Origin: a virus
Lineage: Duplodnaviria > Heunggongvirae > Uroviricota > Caudoviricetes
IMG/VR virus record: IMGVR_UViG_3300021431_002946
Coordinates: 64,001 to 128,000 of that record
Length of the DNA stretch: 64,000 bases
Strand: one strand, 5' to 3'
Below are positions 30,604 through 40,974 of this stretch, piece after piece. Every line of letters begins with the position of its first letter. Within the stretch, counting starts at the first letter, position 1. Both the position numbers and the translations under genes were made by a program. Under the pieces are notes generated by a model. The model did not search any database. It was not told the DNA's origin and worked only from the letters and a program-made list of their open reading frames with translations.

Positions 30604-31254
30604 ATGAAATGTGCTGTATGTGGAACGAACAGCGGAAATTTTGTTGTTTGTTATAAGCATAGAAATACAAAATATAAAAGCACATGTCCTATACATGGAA
30701 AAACAATATTTATAGGACGACAATGTCAAAAATGTAAAGATTTAAAAATGCCTCTATATGTTATAAAAAATGGAAAAGATCGACTTGGTAAAAAAATTGG
30801 TGTACGTCATTTTTTATATCCATATTTAGATAGATTAACTAAATTAGATAAAAAATATCAAGTCAAATATCAAAAAAGAATATCTAGTGTAAGTGGAATA
30901 TACGGAATATTTGCTGGAAATATATGTTTATATGTTGGTCAAAGTAATAATATAAAAAAACGAATAGAGCAGCATAAGAAAAATTTTAAGATTGCACAAT
31001 ATCAAATGAGAGGTATTAGAATTCATAAAAAGAGAATTAGTTTAAATAAAATACCTCGAAAAGTTGAATATAAATATTATGAAATGGCGAGTAATTATAA
31101 ATTAAGTGATCTAACTTATAAAACATTATTTGCAATTCCACAAATAGAAGATACTTATAAATTTAATGAATTATTAACTTATGCTGAACAAGCTATGATG
31201 ATTGCGTATAAACCAAAATATAATCATATAGCAGCAAGACCGAGCGAAAAATAA
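30604..31254 (+). CDS. GIY-YIG nuclease domain protein with N-terminal Cys/His motifs
   Basis: SGIYGIF...LYVGQSNNIKKRIEQH...E...KPKYN. Confidence 0.75.
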   Translation: MKCAVCGTNSGNFVVCYKHRNTKYKSTCPIHGKTIFIGRQCQKCKDLKMPLYVIKNGKDRLGKKIGVRHFLYPYLDRLTKLDKKYQVKYQKRISSVSGIYGIFAGNICLYVGQSNNIKKRIEQHKKNFKIAQYQMRGIRIHKKRISLNKIPRKVEYKYYEMASNYKLSDLTYKTLFAIPQIEDTYKFNELLTYAEQAMMIAYKPKYNHIAARPSEK

Positions 31255-31255
31255 T

Positions 31256-31624
31256 ATGGAAAGAATTTGTTTTTTAAATAAAGTAGAGATAAGTAGAATA
31301 ATATTTGATATTATTCGACAAGAACTTAATATAGAAGATCGAGTTATAGAAAATAATCCATATAATGAGATAAGAAGTAAATGTATATTACTTAATACAA
31401 ATGGAAATAATCAATTATATCTTGTATCAACTATATATGATGGTTCATTACATTTTACATTAGATGTTTATAGAAGAGGTAAACGTATTAGACGTAGTAA
31501 TATGTTTGGTAATGCTGGAAATGTAAGTTATACATTTACTAGACAAACTAAAGAAGATTTTGAAAAAGATTGTATTAGTGAATTTTGGAGAGCGTATAAT
31601 AATTTACCTAGGCATTATAAATAA
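31256..31624 (+). CDS. hypothetical protein
   Basis: ORF coupled to the upstream gene. Confidence 0.6.
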   Translation: MERICFLNKVEISRIIFDIIRQELNIEDRVIENNPYNEIRSKCILLNTNGNNQLYLVSTIYDGSLHFTLDVYRRGKRIRRSNMFGNAGNVSYTFTRQTKEDFEKDCISEFWRAYNNLPRHYK

Positions 31625-31830
31625 AAAGGAGAATTTTAAATGATTGACGACGAAACAGCAGTTCAATATGCAAAAGAATTATCTAATTTCTGCGGCAATC
31701 AATTTTGTCCAGACTGTGTTTTTAATAAAAATAGTAAATGTATGATAGGCGATATAGGAGTTACTCCGATGTGTTGGGCTATAAATAAAAAAGAAAATAA
31801 AGAAGAAAATAACGAAGACAATATTGAATA

Positions 31831-31897
31831 AAAGTCTATTTAATTATAATAGAATGGAAGTGTATAATACCTAAGTCAATTCGGCTTAGGTATTTTT
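31831..31897 (+). promoter_or_regulatory. CTATTTAA motif + hairpin module
   Basis: AAAGTCTATTTAATTATAATAG-AATGGAAGTG-...ATACCTAAGTC/GGCTTAGGTAT and T run. Confidence 0.6.
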
Positions 31898-31923
31898 ATT
31901 TATATAGGAGGTAGAATGATAAA

Positions 31924-32340
31924 ATGATTTGTCCAAAATGTGAGCATAATTTAATTGAGTTAAGTTCAACTATTGATACAAATACAAAAATGTATAGTGG
32001 AGAATTTATATGCGAATATTGTAAATCTAGATTTGTAATTAATAATGCACATATACAATTTCCTTCAAATTATACATTATTACCAATTGATATTAATATT
32101 AATCCAGATTATTCATTATTAAAAAATATTTGTCCTCATTGTAATACAAATATAAGTGGTTATTATATTGTTGATGAAAATTCTATTAAAATTAGAAGAT
32201 TAGATCTTGAAACAGGTTTATTTGAATTACTTGATAAAAAAGGTATTTATCAAGGCTTTATTTATTATCATTGTGATTCATGTAATACAGATTTTAAGTT
32301 ACCTTTTAAACTTAAAAACGCAACTTTAATAGAAAAGTAA
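31924..32340 (+). CDS. double zinc-ribbon protein
   Basis: Four CxxC pairs. Confidence 0.65.
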   Translation: MICPKCEHNLIELSSTIDTNTKMYSGEFICEYCKSRFVINNAHIQFPSNYTLLPIDININPDYSLLKNICPHCNTNISGYYIVDENSIKIRRLDLETGLFELLDKKGIYQGFIYYHCDSCNTDFKLPFKLKNATLIEK

Positions 32341-32447
32341 AATATTTTTTATTTTTAAAAATTAATTTACAAAAATATTTATATATAATATAAATTATAG
32401 TATAGGTAAAGGACTATTTAATTATACTATAATGTGTCTAATGGAGT

Positions 32448-33026
32448 GTGGAAATTATGCTGTCATATGCAATTAGCTTAATTATCACATTGAGTATCAT
32501 TGTAGGATTTGGTGCTCGATGTGTTATTTTTCAGCAACGAGATGTTGCTTGGTGGAAAGGAATTATTCCAATATATAACAAATATATATTTGGAAAATTA
32601 TGTAATAAGGGAAATATAGGTATAGCAGTTGGATTACTTGAGTTAGTATGGTATATTGCATGTTATTTACTTATGTATTTTGAAATGTGGGTACAACAAA
32701 CATATAATGCATCTACAGCAGATGGTTTTATATACGCAAATGTACCTGAAGAAATTGTAACTGTTTATACTTGGTTAAAAATTGGATTTTTAGTTTATAT
32801 GATATTTTATCTTGTAATTTGGTGTTATTTAATGAATAAATTTTCTATGATGCATGGAAAATCTAAGAATTGGATCGCACTTTGGGCGCTTTGGCCTGCT
32901 GCAGCATATTGTTATTTTGCATTGACTCCTAAGATTGCAATGTATGGAAAACAGTATGAATTAAAGCGAGTAGAAGTTGCTACACCTGAGAAAGTAGTGA
33001 AAAAGAATGAAAGACGACGTAAGTAA
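32448..33026 (+). CDS. DUF5684-like membrane protein
   Basis: AWWKGIIPIYNKY motif, four TM segments. Confidence 0.65.
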   Translation: MEIMLSYAISLIITLSIIVGFGARCVIFQQRDVAWWKGIIPIYNKYIFGKLCNKGNIGIAVGLLELVWYIACYLLMYFEMWVQQTYNASTADGFIYANVPEEIVTVYTWLKIGFLVYMIFYLVIWCYLMNKFSMMHGKSKNWIALWALWPAAAYCYFALTPKIAMYGKQYELKRVEVATPEKVVKKNERRRK

Positions 33027-34188
33027 GTTTAATTCTCTAGAAGAATATCGTGCATCAATCGCGCTTTCAGATAAAGATCTTAATTATTTAGATGAATTAA
33101 CATTACAAGATAAAGACGCTGCTAAAAATACATTTTATCATTATCCAAGAGTTGAACCTGATATTATTAAGGCAAATCCTAATAAAGAAAGATTCAGACC
33201 TGAAGTAAGAACTTTAGATGGAAAGATAATACTTGATAAAATTGATGAAGTTACATTATATATACTTTGTGAATTTAAGTTTATTCCAATTTGGTTAATT
33301 CAGCAGTGGTATGATATATATGATCTTAATGGTTATGATAGAGTACTTGGTTGGATTCAATTTGGTTTAGCTTGGTGTGACGCTACATCTTTAGGTGTAT
33401 ATATTAGACCTACAATGTTTTTATTAAATGTTATTTATGATAAAGATGATGGTAGTAAAAAGTATATTGGTCTTCCATTTAACTTAATGAATCATACTTG
33501 CGCAGAAGAACAATTAATGTTTGACGTTATGATGGGTAATCCAAAATCAGAATTTTGGAACATGTTTAATAAAGAAGTAAAAAATAGATTACCTTGTTAT
33601 CATCCATTATTTACTGATAATATTGATCCATTTGATAAAACAGGTTCTACAATTTTAGCTGAATCATTATTTAGATCAAGTACATATGATCAGTCTGATC
33701 TTATTGCAGGTCATAAAGAAATAGAACTTGAAATGCAAACAAAAGCAACTATTACAAAAGAATTTGGTGAATGGCCTTTGTTTACTTTAGAGTGCGGATA
33801 TAATGAAAAAGGTAAGTTAGAAACTCAAAGACCTGACCTTGTTATTCCAGTTCCAAGAATTCAAGGAATGCCTCAAAGTTTTGCAATTGAAATGGAATTA
33901 ACTGCTAAAGATACAACAAGATATGATAAAATAATGGACCATTATAAAAATAATAATATATATGGTTCAGTTGTATATTTATGTGCAAATACATATATAA
34001 GAGATTTAGTTGTAAAATCTTATAAAAATATTGGTGGATTAGGAACATGTAGATTATTATGTATTCCTTATACAGCACCTGCGCAAATGCTTAGTACTTT
34101 TAGTAAAGAAGACCTTGAAGCTCAGTATGGTTTAATGAAAGCCACTACAGAGAAAACATATGAGGTAAAGAAAAATGATCAGAAATAA
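33007..34188 (+). CDS. Replic_Relax (MOBC-like) PD-(D/E)xK family protein
   Basis: NHT motif, RPDLVI...FAIEMELTAK...RY..I...Y. Confidence 0.6.
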   Translation: MKDDVSKFNSLEEYRASIALSDKDLNYLDELTLQDKDAAKNTFYHYPRVEPDIIKANPNKERFRPEVRTLDGKIILDKIDEVTLYILCEFKFIPIWLIQQWYDIYDLNGYDRVLGWIQFGLAWCDATSLGVYIRPTMFLLNVIYDKDDGSKKYIGLPFNLMNHTCAEEQLMFDVMMGNPKSEFWNMFNKEVKNRLPCYHPLFTDNIDPFDKTGSTILAESLFRSSTYDQSDLIAGHKEIELEMQTKATITKEFGEWPLFTLECGYNEKGKLETQRPDLVIPVPRIQGMPQSFAIEMELTAKDTTRYDKIMDHYKNNNIYGSVVYLCANTYIRDLVVKSYKNIGGLGTCRLLCIPYTAPAQMLSTFSKEDLEAQYGLMKATTEKTYEVKKNDQK

Positions 34189-34657
34189 AAGCATAATAAT
34201 TAATGTTTTATTTTGTATTGCTGCAATATTAGGCGTAATGATTATTAGAACAATTTTTATGCCTACTATTATTTCTGGTAAATCAATGGAACCTCATTTT
34301 AAAGAAAAGCAGTTAGTAATAATGCATATTTATGTAGATATTAACAGATTTGATTGTATAACAGCAAAGGTAGATGGTAAACAATTATTCAAACGAGTTA
34401 TTGGTTTGCCTGGAGAAAAAGTTGAATATAAAGATAATCAACTTTACATAAATAATACTCTTATACAAGATGTATTTGCAGTTGGAAAAACAGAAGATTT
34501 TTCAATAACATTAGCAAATGATGAATATTTTTGTATGGGAGATAATAGAGAAGTATCTAAAGATTCAAGACATTTAGGTGCTTTTAAATCAAGTCAAATA
34601 ATTGGAAAGAAAAATGGAGGAGATTATGGCAAAGAAAAAGAAAGATCCAAAAGTTAA
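34175..34657 (+). CDS. lepB: signal peptidase I (S26)
   Basis: SGKSMEP, KRVIGLPGE, MGDNREVSKDSR. Confidence 0.9.
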   Translation: MIRNKSIIINVLFCIAAILGVMIIRTIFMPTIISGKSMEPHFKEKQLVIMHIYVDINRFDCITAKVDGKQLFKRVIGLPGEKVEYKDNQLYINNTLIQDVFAVGKTEDFSITLANDEYFCMGDNREVSKDSRHLGAFKSSQIIGKKNGGDYGKEKERSKS

Positions 34658-35075
34658 AGTGCCTAATGCTTGGTCCTCTAAAAAAAGTAAAGAAGGCGGA
34701 GGCAGCAAAACAGGCTTAAGTGGTAGCGGTGGTAAAGTAATGACTGATGCTATTTGGTCAGTTGGCCTTGTTATAGTAGGTATATTACTTTTATTATTTA
34801 TATTTTTAGGTGGTGTTAATCAGAGAAAAGCTGTAAATTGGGTAATTAATTTTTCTCAAAATATAGGTAGAACTGTTTCTGGTTGGTTTAATCCTGAAAA
34901 TATTGAAATTTCAGATGATGGTGTTTATTACAGAGTTAATGGTACTACTAAATCTACTGAAAAAGATAAATCTGATAAATCAGAACCTACTAATGAAAGT
35001 GGAGAAAGTTCAGAAACCTCTGAAACATCAGAAACTTCTGAAGTAAAAGAAACTGTTAAAAAGAAAAAGAAGTAA
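34626..35075 (+). CDS. single-pass membrane protein
   Basis: GGAGG RBS before MAKKKK; one TM segment; Ser/Glu/Thr-rich tail. Confidence 0.7.
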   Translation: MAKKKKDPKVKVPNAWSSKKSKEGGGSKTGLSGSGGKVMTDAIWSVGLVIVGILLLLFIFLGGVNQRKAVNWVINFSQNIGRTVSGWFNPENIEISDDGVYYRVNGTTKSTEKDKSDKSEPTNESGESSETSETSETSEVKETVKKKKK

Positions 35076-35119
35076 TATAATAATGGTATTAAAAATCTAA
35101 GCAAAGGAGTAGGTAAATT

Positions 35120-36664
35120 ATGATAAAAAATTCATTAATTGGATTATTGATCTTAGTCATATTTGGCTTAGAGAGTGTTTTTTTATCTAAAAAGAAAACA
35201 ATACCAGTTATTGTCTGCGACCAGATATTTATTTCTGCAATAGTTTACTTCTTCTTTGGTTATGTAACTTTAATTTATTCAGCTCTCATTACTGCTTTTA
35301 TTATTTGGATAAAAATGAGACATGGAGAAGATGAAGAGCCAGAACCTTTAGATTATTCAGGTAGAATATTTAGTATTAGTGCATTATTGAATCAATTGCA
35401 TAAACCTAGCGAAATGGTAATTGGTACAGTATTGCCAGTAAATAAATCTGAATTAAAGTATAATATGAAGAAAATAGAAATTGATGACACTGTATTATCT
35501 GGTGAAACATTAATTACTGGTTCAAGTGGTTCAGGTAAGACTACGACCTTAAAAACAATTCTTAAACAAAGAATTGATGAAAGACGACCAGTTGCATTCT
35601 TCGATTATAAAGGCGAAGAAGAAATTCTTAATGATATAAAAGATTTTGCAAGAATAAATGGTGTACCATATTATGAGTTCTCAGCAAGAGAATGTAACTT
35701 TACTTATGATCCATTTAAAAACTTAAATGAAACAGGTAAAGTAGAAGCGCTTATGAATACTCGTAGATGGTCAGCAGACGGTGCTGATGAGCATTATAAA
35801 ACATCAATGCAATTAGTTATTCAGAATCTTGTAAGAGAATATGATAAATATCGATTAGAAAATAATGATACAACTAATTATATTGTTGGTTTATACGATT
35901 TTGCTTTGAAATATAAACCTCAAGCAAATGAAAGAGATGGTTTTGGTAACTTATTAAAATCATTAGAAATATTACTTTCATCAAGAGCAAAAGATTTATT
36001 TGGAAATGATCCAAATTTTACTTTTGAAGATGATAGTATATATGTTGTATGTTTTAGTTTTACTAGTGCAAATAAAGCACTAGCAAATCAAATGAGTTCA
36101 TTTGTATTTACAGATATAATGGACCGAGGTACTAGATGTAAATATGAAGATAGATTATTACTTTGTATTGATGAATTTGGTACTCTTGAAAGTTCAACAC
36201 TTATTAAAGATTTACTCGAAAAAGGTAGATCTGGTGGTGTTCAAACTGTATTTTCTATATTAGATGTAAACCAATTAGCAATGACTTCTGGTGAATTCTT
36301 TGTTCAAGCAATATTAGGAACAATCAATAATTATATTATTCACGCAGGAGCAACACAAACAACTGCAGATTTACTTGCTGGTGTTCAAAAATTCGATAAA
36401 GGTTATGATATTATGTCATTAAGAAAACCTTATCGAGGACGAAAACCAACTGCACTTTTTATCACAAAATATGGTATTTTGGATAAAAAACATAATCAAG
36501 AAGTATTAAGAATGGTTCCATATACAAAAATTCTCAAAAAGAAACAACGTTACGAACTTGACGAAAATCCTACTCCATTAGACAATCCTGACGTTGAACC
36601 AGAATTTGATGAATTTGACGTAGATCTATCCAAGCCTATTGAGGATATTTCTAAGTACTTGTGA
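35120..36664 (+). CDS. VirD4/TraD-like coupling protein (HerA/FtsK superfamily ATPase)
   Basis: N-terminal TMs, ITGSSGSGKT, FFDYKG, YDPF, LCIDEFG, EKGRSGG. Confidence 0.75.
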   Translation: MIKNSLIGLLILVIFGLESVFLSKKKTIPVIVCDQIFISAIVYFFFGYVTLIYSALITAFIIWIKMRHGEDEEPEPLDYSGRIFSISALLNQLHKPSEMVIGTVLPVNKSELKYNMKKIEIDDTVLSGETLITGSSGSGKTTTLKTILKQRIDERRPVAFFDYKGEEEILNDIKDFARINGVPYYEFSARECNFTYDPFKNLNETGKVEALMNTRRWSADGADEHYKTSMQLVIQNLVREYDKYRLENNDTTNYIVGLYDFALKYKPQANERDGFGNLLKSLEILLSSRAKDLFGNDPNFTFEDDSIYVVCFSFTSANKALANQMSSFVFTDIMDRGTRCKYEDRLLLCIDEFGTLESSTLIKDLLEKGRSGGVQTVFSILDVNQLAMTSGEFFVQAILGTINNYIIHAGATQTTADLLAGVQKFDKGYDIMSLRKPYRGRKPTALFITKYGILDKKHNQEVLRMVPYTKILKKKQRYELDENPTPLDNPDVEPEFDEFDVDLSKPIEDISKYL

Positions 36665-36761
36665 AGGACTATTTAATAATACTAATAAGAATAATGGTAA
36701 CACTCTTTTATAGATTGTTACCATTTTTTACTAAGAAAATAATAATTTTGGAGGAAGATAT

Positions 36762-36962
36762 ATGATACTATATACAACAGGCTGCCCTAAATGTAAAGTC
36801 TTAGCAATGAAATTAGACCAAAAGGGAGCAAATTATGAAGTAAATGATTCGCTTGAGGAAATGGAAGCATTAGGCTTTTCAGAAGCTCCAATGCTTAAAA
36901 CAGATGATGGAACAATTTTAAATTTTTCACAAGCTATTCAATATGTAAACAATTTAAATTAA
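36762..36962 (+). CDS. glutaredoxin-like (NrdH-like) protein
   Basis: LYTTGCPKC, EAPML. Confidence 0.8.
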   Translation: MILYTTGCPKCKVLAMKLDQKGANYEVNDSLEEMEALGFSEAPMLKTDDGTILNFSQAIQYVNNLN

Positions 36963-36978
36963 TTAAAGGAGAATTATT

Positions 36979-38934
36979 ATGGCAAAACTAAACAAGGATT
37001 TTGTAAGAACATTAGATAGTTTAAAAGAGAAATATGGTGAAGACTTTGAAATATTGAATGGCTTATCAGAAAATCAATTAAATCATACTGAGTTCTTAGA
37101 TAATTTTACAAAAATTAAAACAGTAGCTGACGCTTCAGTAGATAGCTCAGCAAATGTAAAACAAAAAGATATTGTTACTTTGAGAAGTGAAATTTCTAAG
37201 CCAGATGAAAAATTAATGGCTTATCATAAGATTTTTATTGAAATTAAACAAACATTTGGTCTTAGAATGGCTAAAAAGTGGTTAGAAGCTGAATGGACAA
37301 AAGCACTTTATATGCATGACGCAAATACAAGTTCGTTCGTGCCTTATTGTTTCGCGTATGATCTTAAAAGAACTGCTGAAGAAGGTTTATTCTGGTTAGA
37401 AGGTAAAGAACCAATGAATGTTGAACCTGCTAAGCATCTTGAATCATTTATTGATTTTGTAAAAGAGTTTATTAGTTATAACTCAAATAGAACTTCAGGT
37501 GCATGTGGTTTACCTAACCTTATTCCTTATTTATATTATTTTTGGAAAGAAGATGTTAAGAATAACGCATATCCTAGAAATAAGAAACCTGAAGCATTTG
37601 CTAAATCAGAAATTCAAAGACTTATTTATGCTATGAATCAACCATATTGTAGAGATGGTATTCAGTCTGCATTTGTAAATACTTCAATTTTTGATGGTGA
37701 ATATTTTGATGCACTCTTTGGTGGAGCAGTATTTCCTAATGGTGAACTTATGATTGACCACAAAGAAGGAATTATGAAATTCCAGAAATGGTTTATGGAA
37801 GAAATGAGTGCAATCAAGGATAGAGGTAACATGTTCACATTTCCAGTCAATACTATCTCTCTTCTTAAGAAAAATGGTAAGTTTGTAGACGAAGAATTCG
37901 CAAGATGGGCTTGTGAGCATAATAGAAAGTGGAATGATTCAAATTTCTTTGTAGATGATTCCGTTACTTCACTTTCTAACTGTTGTAGACTTAAGAGTAA
38001 TATCAAAGATTTAGGTTACTTTAACTCAATTGGTGGTACAGCTCTTAAAGTTGGTTCAGTTAAAGTATCTACTATAAATCTTGCTAGAATTGCTCTTGAA
38101 GCTAAAAATGAAGATGATTACATTGAGAGACTTAAGGATAGATTAATTGTTAACCTTAATGCTCTTCATGTTGTTAGAAATATTATTAAAAAGAATGTTG
38201 AAAAAGGATTACTTCCTAACTTCCAAGATGGTTTAATTGATTTTGAGCATCTTTATAATACTGTTGGAATCAATGGTATTTATGAGACAATGGTTAAATT
38301 TGGATATGTAGAACAAGATGAACTTGGTAATACAATCTATAAACCAGAAGCTTATAAATTTGGTGAAAGAATTCTTACTACAATTAGAGAAGTAAGTAAA
38401 GAATACCAAAAAGATAAAGATTATAAGATTAATGCTGAAGAAGTTCCTGGCGAGAGCGCAGCTGCTAAATTCTTAAAAGCAGATATGCTTCTTTATCCTG
38501 AAACAGTTTGTAAAGATCTTCCTCTTTATGGTAACCAGTGGATCCCTCTTGGAATTAAAACAACAATTCAAGAAAGAATTAAGATTTGTTCTAAGTTTGA
38601 CGCATATTGTGATGGTGGTTCTATTTGCCACTTAAATCTTGATGCAGCTATTCCGACTAAAGAGCTTGCTTGGAAGTTACTCAATTACGTAACAGATCAA
38701 GGCGTTAAGTACTTTGCATTTACTGGTAAACTTAGTCAGGACGAAGATAATCACATATTCTATGGTGAAACATGCCCTGAGTGTGGTAAACCTAAAGTAG
38801 CTGAGTTTGCAAGAATAGTTGGCTTTTATACAAAAACTGCATCTTGGTCAGCTGAGCGTAAAGCGGAATTTGCAATGCGCAAATGGGATAACCAAGATAC
38901 AATCAAGCTTAGTACCTCTGATGCATTAGGCTAA
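36979..38934 (+). CDS. nrdD: anaerobic ribonucleoside-triphosphate reductase
   Basis: PYC, FTFPV, SNCCRL, TINLARIA, CPECG, RIVGFY glycyl-radical motif. Confidence 0.9.
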   Translation: MAKLNKDFVRTLDSLKEKYGEDFEILNGLSENQLNHTEFLDNFTKIKTVADASVDSSANVKQKDIVTLRSEISKPDEKLMAYHKIFIEIKQTFGLRMAKKWLEAEWTKALYMHDANTSSFVPYCFAYDLKRTAEEGLFWLEGKEPMNVEPAKHLESFIDFVKEFISYNSNRTSGACGLPNLIPYLYYFWKEDVKNNAYPRNKKPEAFAKSEIQRLIYAMNQPYCRDGIQSAFVNTSIFDGEYFDALFGGAVFPNGELMIDHKEGIMKFQKWFMEEMSAIKDRGNMFTFPVNTISLLKKNGKFVDEEFARWACEHNRKWNDSNFFVDDSVTSLSNCCRLKSNIKDLGYFNSIGGTALKVGSVKVSTINLARIALEAKNEDDYIERLKDRLIVNLNALHVVRNIIKKNVEKGLLPNFQDGLIDFEHLYNTVGINGIYETMVKFGYVEQDELGNTIYKPEAYKFGERILTTIREVSKEYQKDKDYKINAEEVPGESAAAKFLKADMLLYPETVCKDLPLYGNQWIPLGIKTTIQERIKICSKFDAYCDGGSICHLNLDAAIPTKELAWKLLNYVTDQGVKYFAFTGKLSQDEDNHIFYGETCPECGKPKVAEFARIVGFYTKTASWSAERKAEFAMRKWDNQDTIKLSTSDALG

Positions 38935-38947
38935 AGAAAGGAAAATT

Positions 38948-40378
38948 ATGGGACGACCAAAAGGCACAAAAACTAAAGAAAGAATGAGATGGGTATCGAA
39001 AGATGGAAAATCTACTATGGTACCTGAAAGTAAATTGGAGAGCTATTTAAATGATGGTTGGATAAATGGGCATGTTACTGATACTCAAAAATTATCACAT
39101 AAAAAATGGTATAATAATGGTATAAAAAATTTAATTATAAAAGATGGTGATCCAATTCCTGATGGTTTTGTTCCTGGTTTATTAAGTAATTCTAAATATT
39201 CAGATTTTGGATATGTTTGGTATACAAATGGTACTGAACAAAAAAGAATAAGTACAAAATTAGGCCAAGCGGTACCAGAAGGTTGGTACCCTGGCTTTTG
39301 TACTGCTTATAAAGAAAATATGAGTAAAGTTTTATTGTCAAAAGGTAATTTTCATTTAGATAATAAAAATTATACAGATGAATATAAAGAATTATATCAT
39401 AATGAAGATAAATTAAGATTATTTGTTAAAGAACATCATAATTTAACATTAGAAGATATGGCAAAACGATTTAATTGCTCAATAAGTAGTGTTTTGTCTT
39501 TACTTAATACTTATAAATTACAAAATGAATTTGATTGGTATAATGAATATGCAGGTACATCTAACATTGAAAAACAAATAGTTGACTTTATTAAAACTTT
39601 TTATGATGGTGAAATTATTACAAATACAAGGCAAATAATTAAACCTCAAGAATTAGATATTTATATACCAAATAAAAAAATTGCAATTGAAATAAATGGT
39701 ACATTTTGGCATTCTGATACTTTTAATAAAAATAAAAAATATCATTTATCTAAGTCATTAGAATGTGAAAAATTAGGTATAAGACTTATTCATATTTATG
39801 AGTGGGAAGTACAAGATGAAATACAGTATTCTAAAATACAAATGATGTTAAAAGAAGCTTTTGGTATATCTAATAAAATTTATGCAAGACAATGTGAAAT
39901 TAAACAAATAAGTAATAAAGATGCAAAAATTTTAAATGAAAAAGTTCATTTACAAGGACATAGAAATGCACAAGTTACTTATGGTTTATTTTACAAAAAT
40001 GAATTAGTTCAATTAATGTCATTTAGTAAAACACGCTATAATAAAAATCTTAAAAATGATAATGACTGGGAAATTATTCGTGGTTGTCCTGGATCTAATA
40101 CTACTGTTATTGGTGGTGTTAGTAAATTATTAAAACATTTTATTGATGACTATAAGCCAGATAATATTTTTAGTTATTGCGACTTTAATAAATTTGATGG
40201 TAGAAGTTATGAAAAATGTAATATGAAATTTATTGGATATACTGGACCAAATAAATGGATTTTGGTTGGTGAAAAAGTAATAAATAGAAATCCTAAAAAG
40301 TATAAAGATTATAAAAGTTGTTTTACTATTTGGGGTGCAGGCAGTAAAAAATATTTATTAACACTTAAAGAGGAATAG
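38948..40378 (+). CDS. Hef-like homing endonuclease
   Basis: WYNNG/WYTNG...PDGF.PG repeats; ELDIYIP...IEINGTFWH nuclease; IYARQC...HLQG...VIGGVSKLL. Confidence 0.7.
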   Translation: MGRPKGTKTKERMRWVSKDGKSTMVPESKLESYLNDGWINGHVTDTQKLSHKKWYNNGIKNLIIKDGDPIPDGFVPGLLSNSKYSDFGYVWYTNGTEQKRISTKLGQAVPEGWYPGFCTAYKENMSKVLLSKGNFHLDNKNYTDEYKELYHNEDKLRLFVKEHHNLTLEDMAKRFNCSISSVLSLLNTYKLQNEFDWYNEYAGTSNIEKQIVDFIKTFYDGEIITNTRQIIKPQELDIYIPNKKIAIEINGTFWHSDTFNKNKKYHLSKSLECEKLGIRLIHIYEWEVQDEIQYSKIQMMLKEAFGISNKIYARQCEIKQISNKDAKILNEKVHLQGHRNAQVTYGLFYKNELVQLMSFSKTRYNKNLKNDNDWEIIRGCPGSNTTVIGGVSKLLKHFIDDYKPDNIFSYCDFNKFDGRSYEKCNMKFIGYTGPNKWILVGEKVINRNPKKYKDYKSCFTIWGAGSKKYLLTLKEE

Positions 40379-40415
40379 AAATATTCCTCTTTTTTATGAA
40401 AATAAGGAGAATTAA

Positions 40416-40889
40416 ATGAGAATAATAGATATAGTCGATTTAGATGTTTCAAATTATAAAGAAGCAAGTATGTTTATTATAACTTGCAAATGTTCTTTTA
40501 AATGTGATATTGAGAATGGAACAAAGATGTGTCAAAATAGTCATTTAGCAAATAGTCCTGTTATTGATATGGATGATGATAAGATTGTTGAGAGATTTTT
40601 AAATAATCCAATGACAAGCGCAATTGTATTTGGTGGACTTGAACCTATAGATCAGTTAGATGAATTAATTAGTTTAATTTCTAAATTTAGAAAGAGAACT
40701 GACGCAGATATAGTTATCTATACTGGTTATACTGAGGAAGAGTTACAAAATATAATTGATAAATTTACTTGTTTTAAAAATATAATAATAAAATATGGTA
40801 GATTTAGACCTAATCAAATAAGACATCAAGATCCAGTATTAGGAATTGGTTTGATTAGCGATAATCAATATGCTAAGAAAATTAGTTAA
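40416..40889 (+). CDS. nrdG: anaerobic RNR activating enzyme
   Basis: CSFKC(x8)CQN, FGGLEP, IYTGY, KYGRF, SDNQ; in the nrdD locus. Confidence 0.85.
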   Translation: MRIIDIVDLDVSNYKEASMFIITCKCSFKCDIENGTKMCQNSHLANSPVIDMDDDKIVERFLNNPMTSAIVFGGLEPIDQLDELISLISKFRKRTDADIVIYTGYTEEELQNIIDKFTCFKNIIIKYGRFRPNQIRHQDPVLGIGLISDNQYAKKIS

Positions 40890-40947
40890 AAGGCTATTTA
40901 AATATAATATAGGAAATGGTTGGTCAATTTGACTAGCCATTATTCTT
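40888..40947 (+). promoter_or_regulatory. CTATTTAA motif + hairpin module
   Basis: AAAAGGCTATTTAAATATAATATAG...AATGGTTGGTCA/TGACTAGCCATT. Confidence 0.55.
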
Positions 40948-40974
40948 ATAAAAATATAAAGGAGAATAATAAAA

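Noticed and set aside
31640-31831. Cys-rich 63-aa ORF as another RiPP precursor
   Set aside because: It lacks the MKFF leader and acidic CD core and looks like a common small phage Cys-cluster protein.
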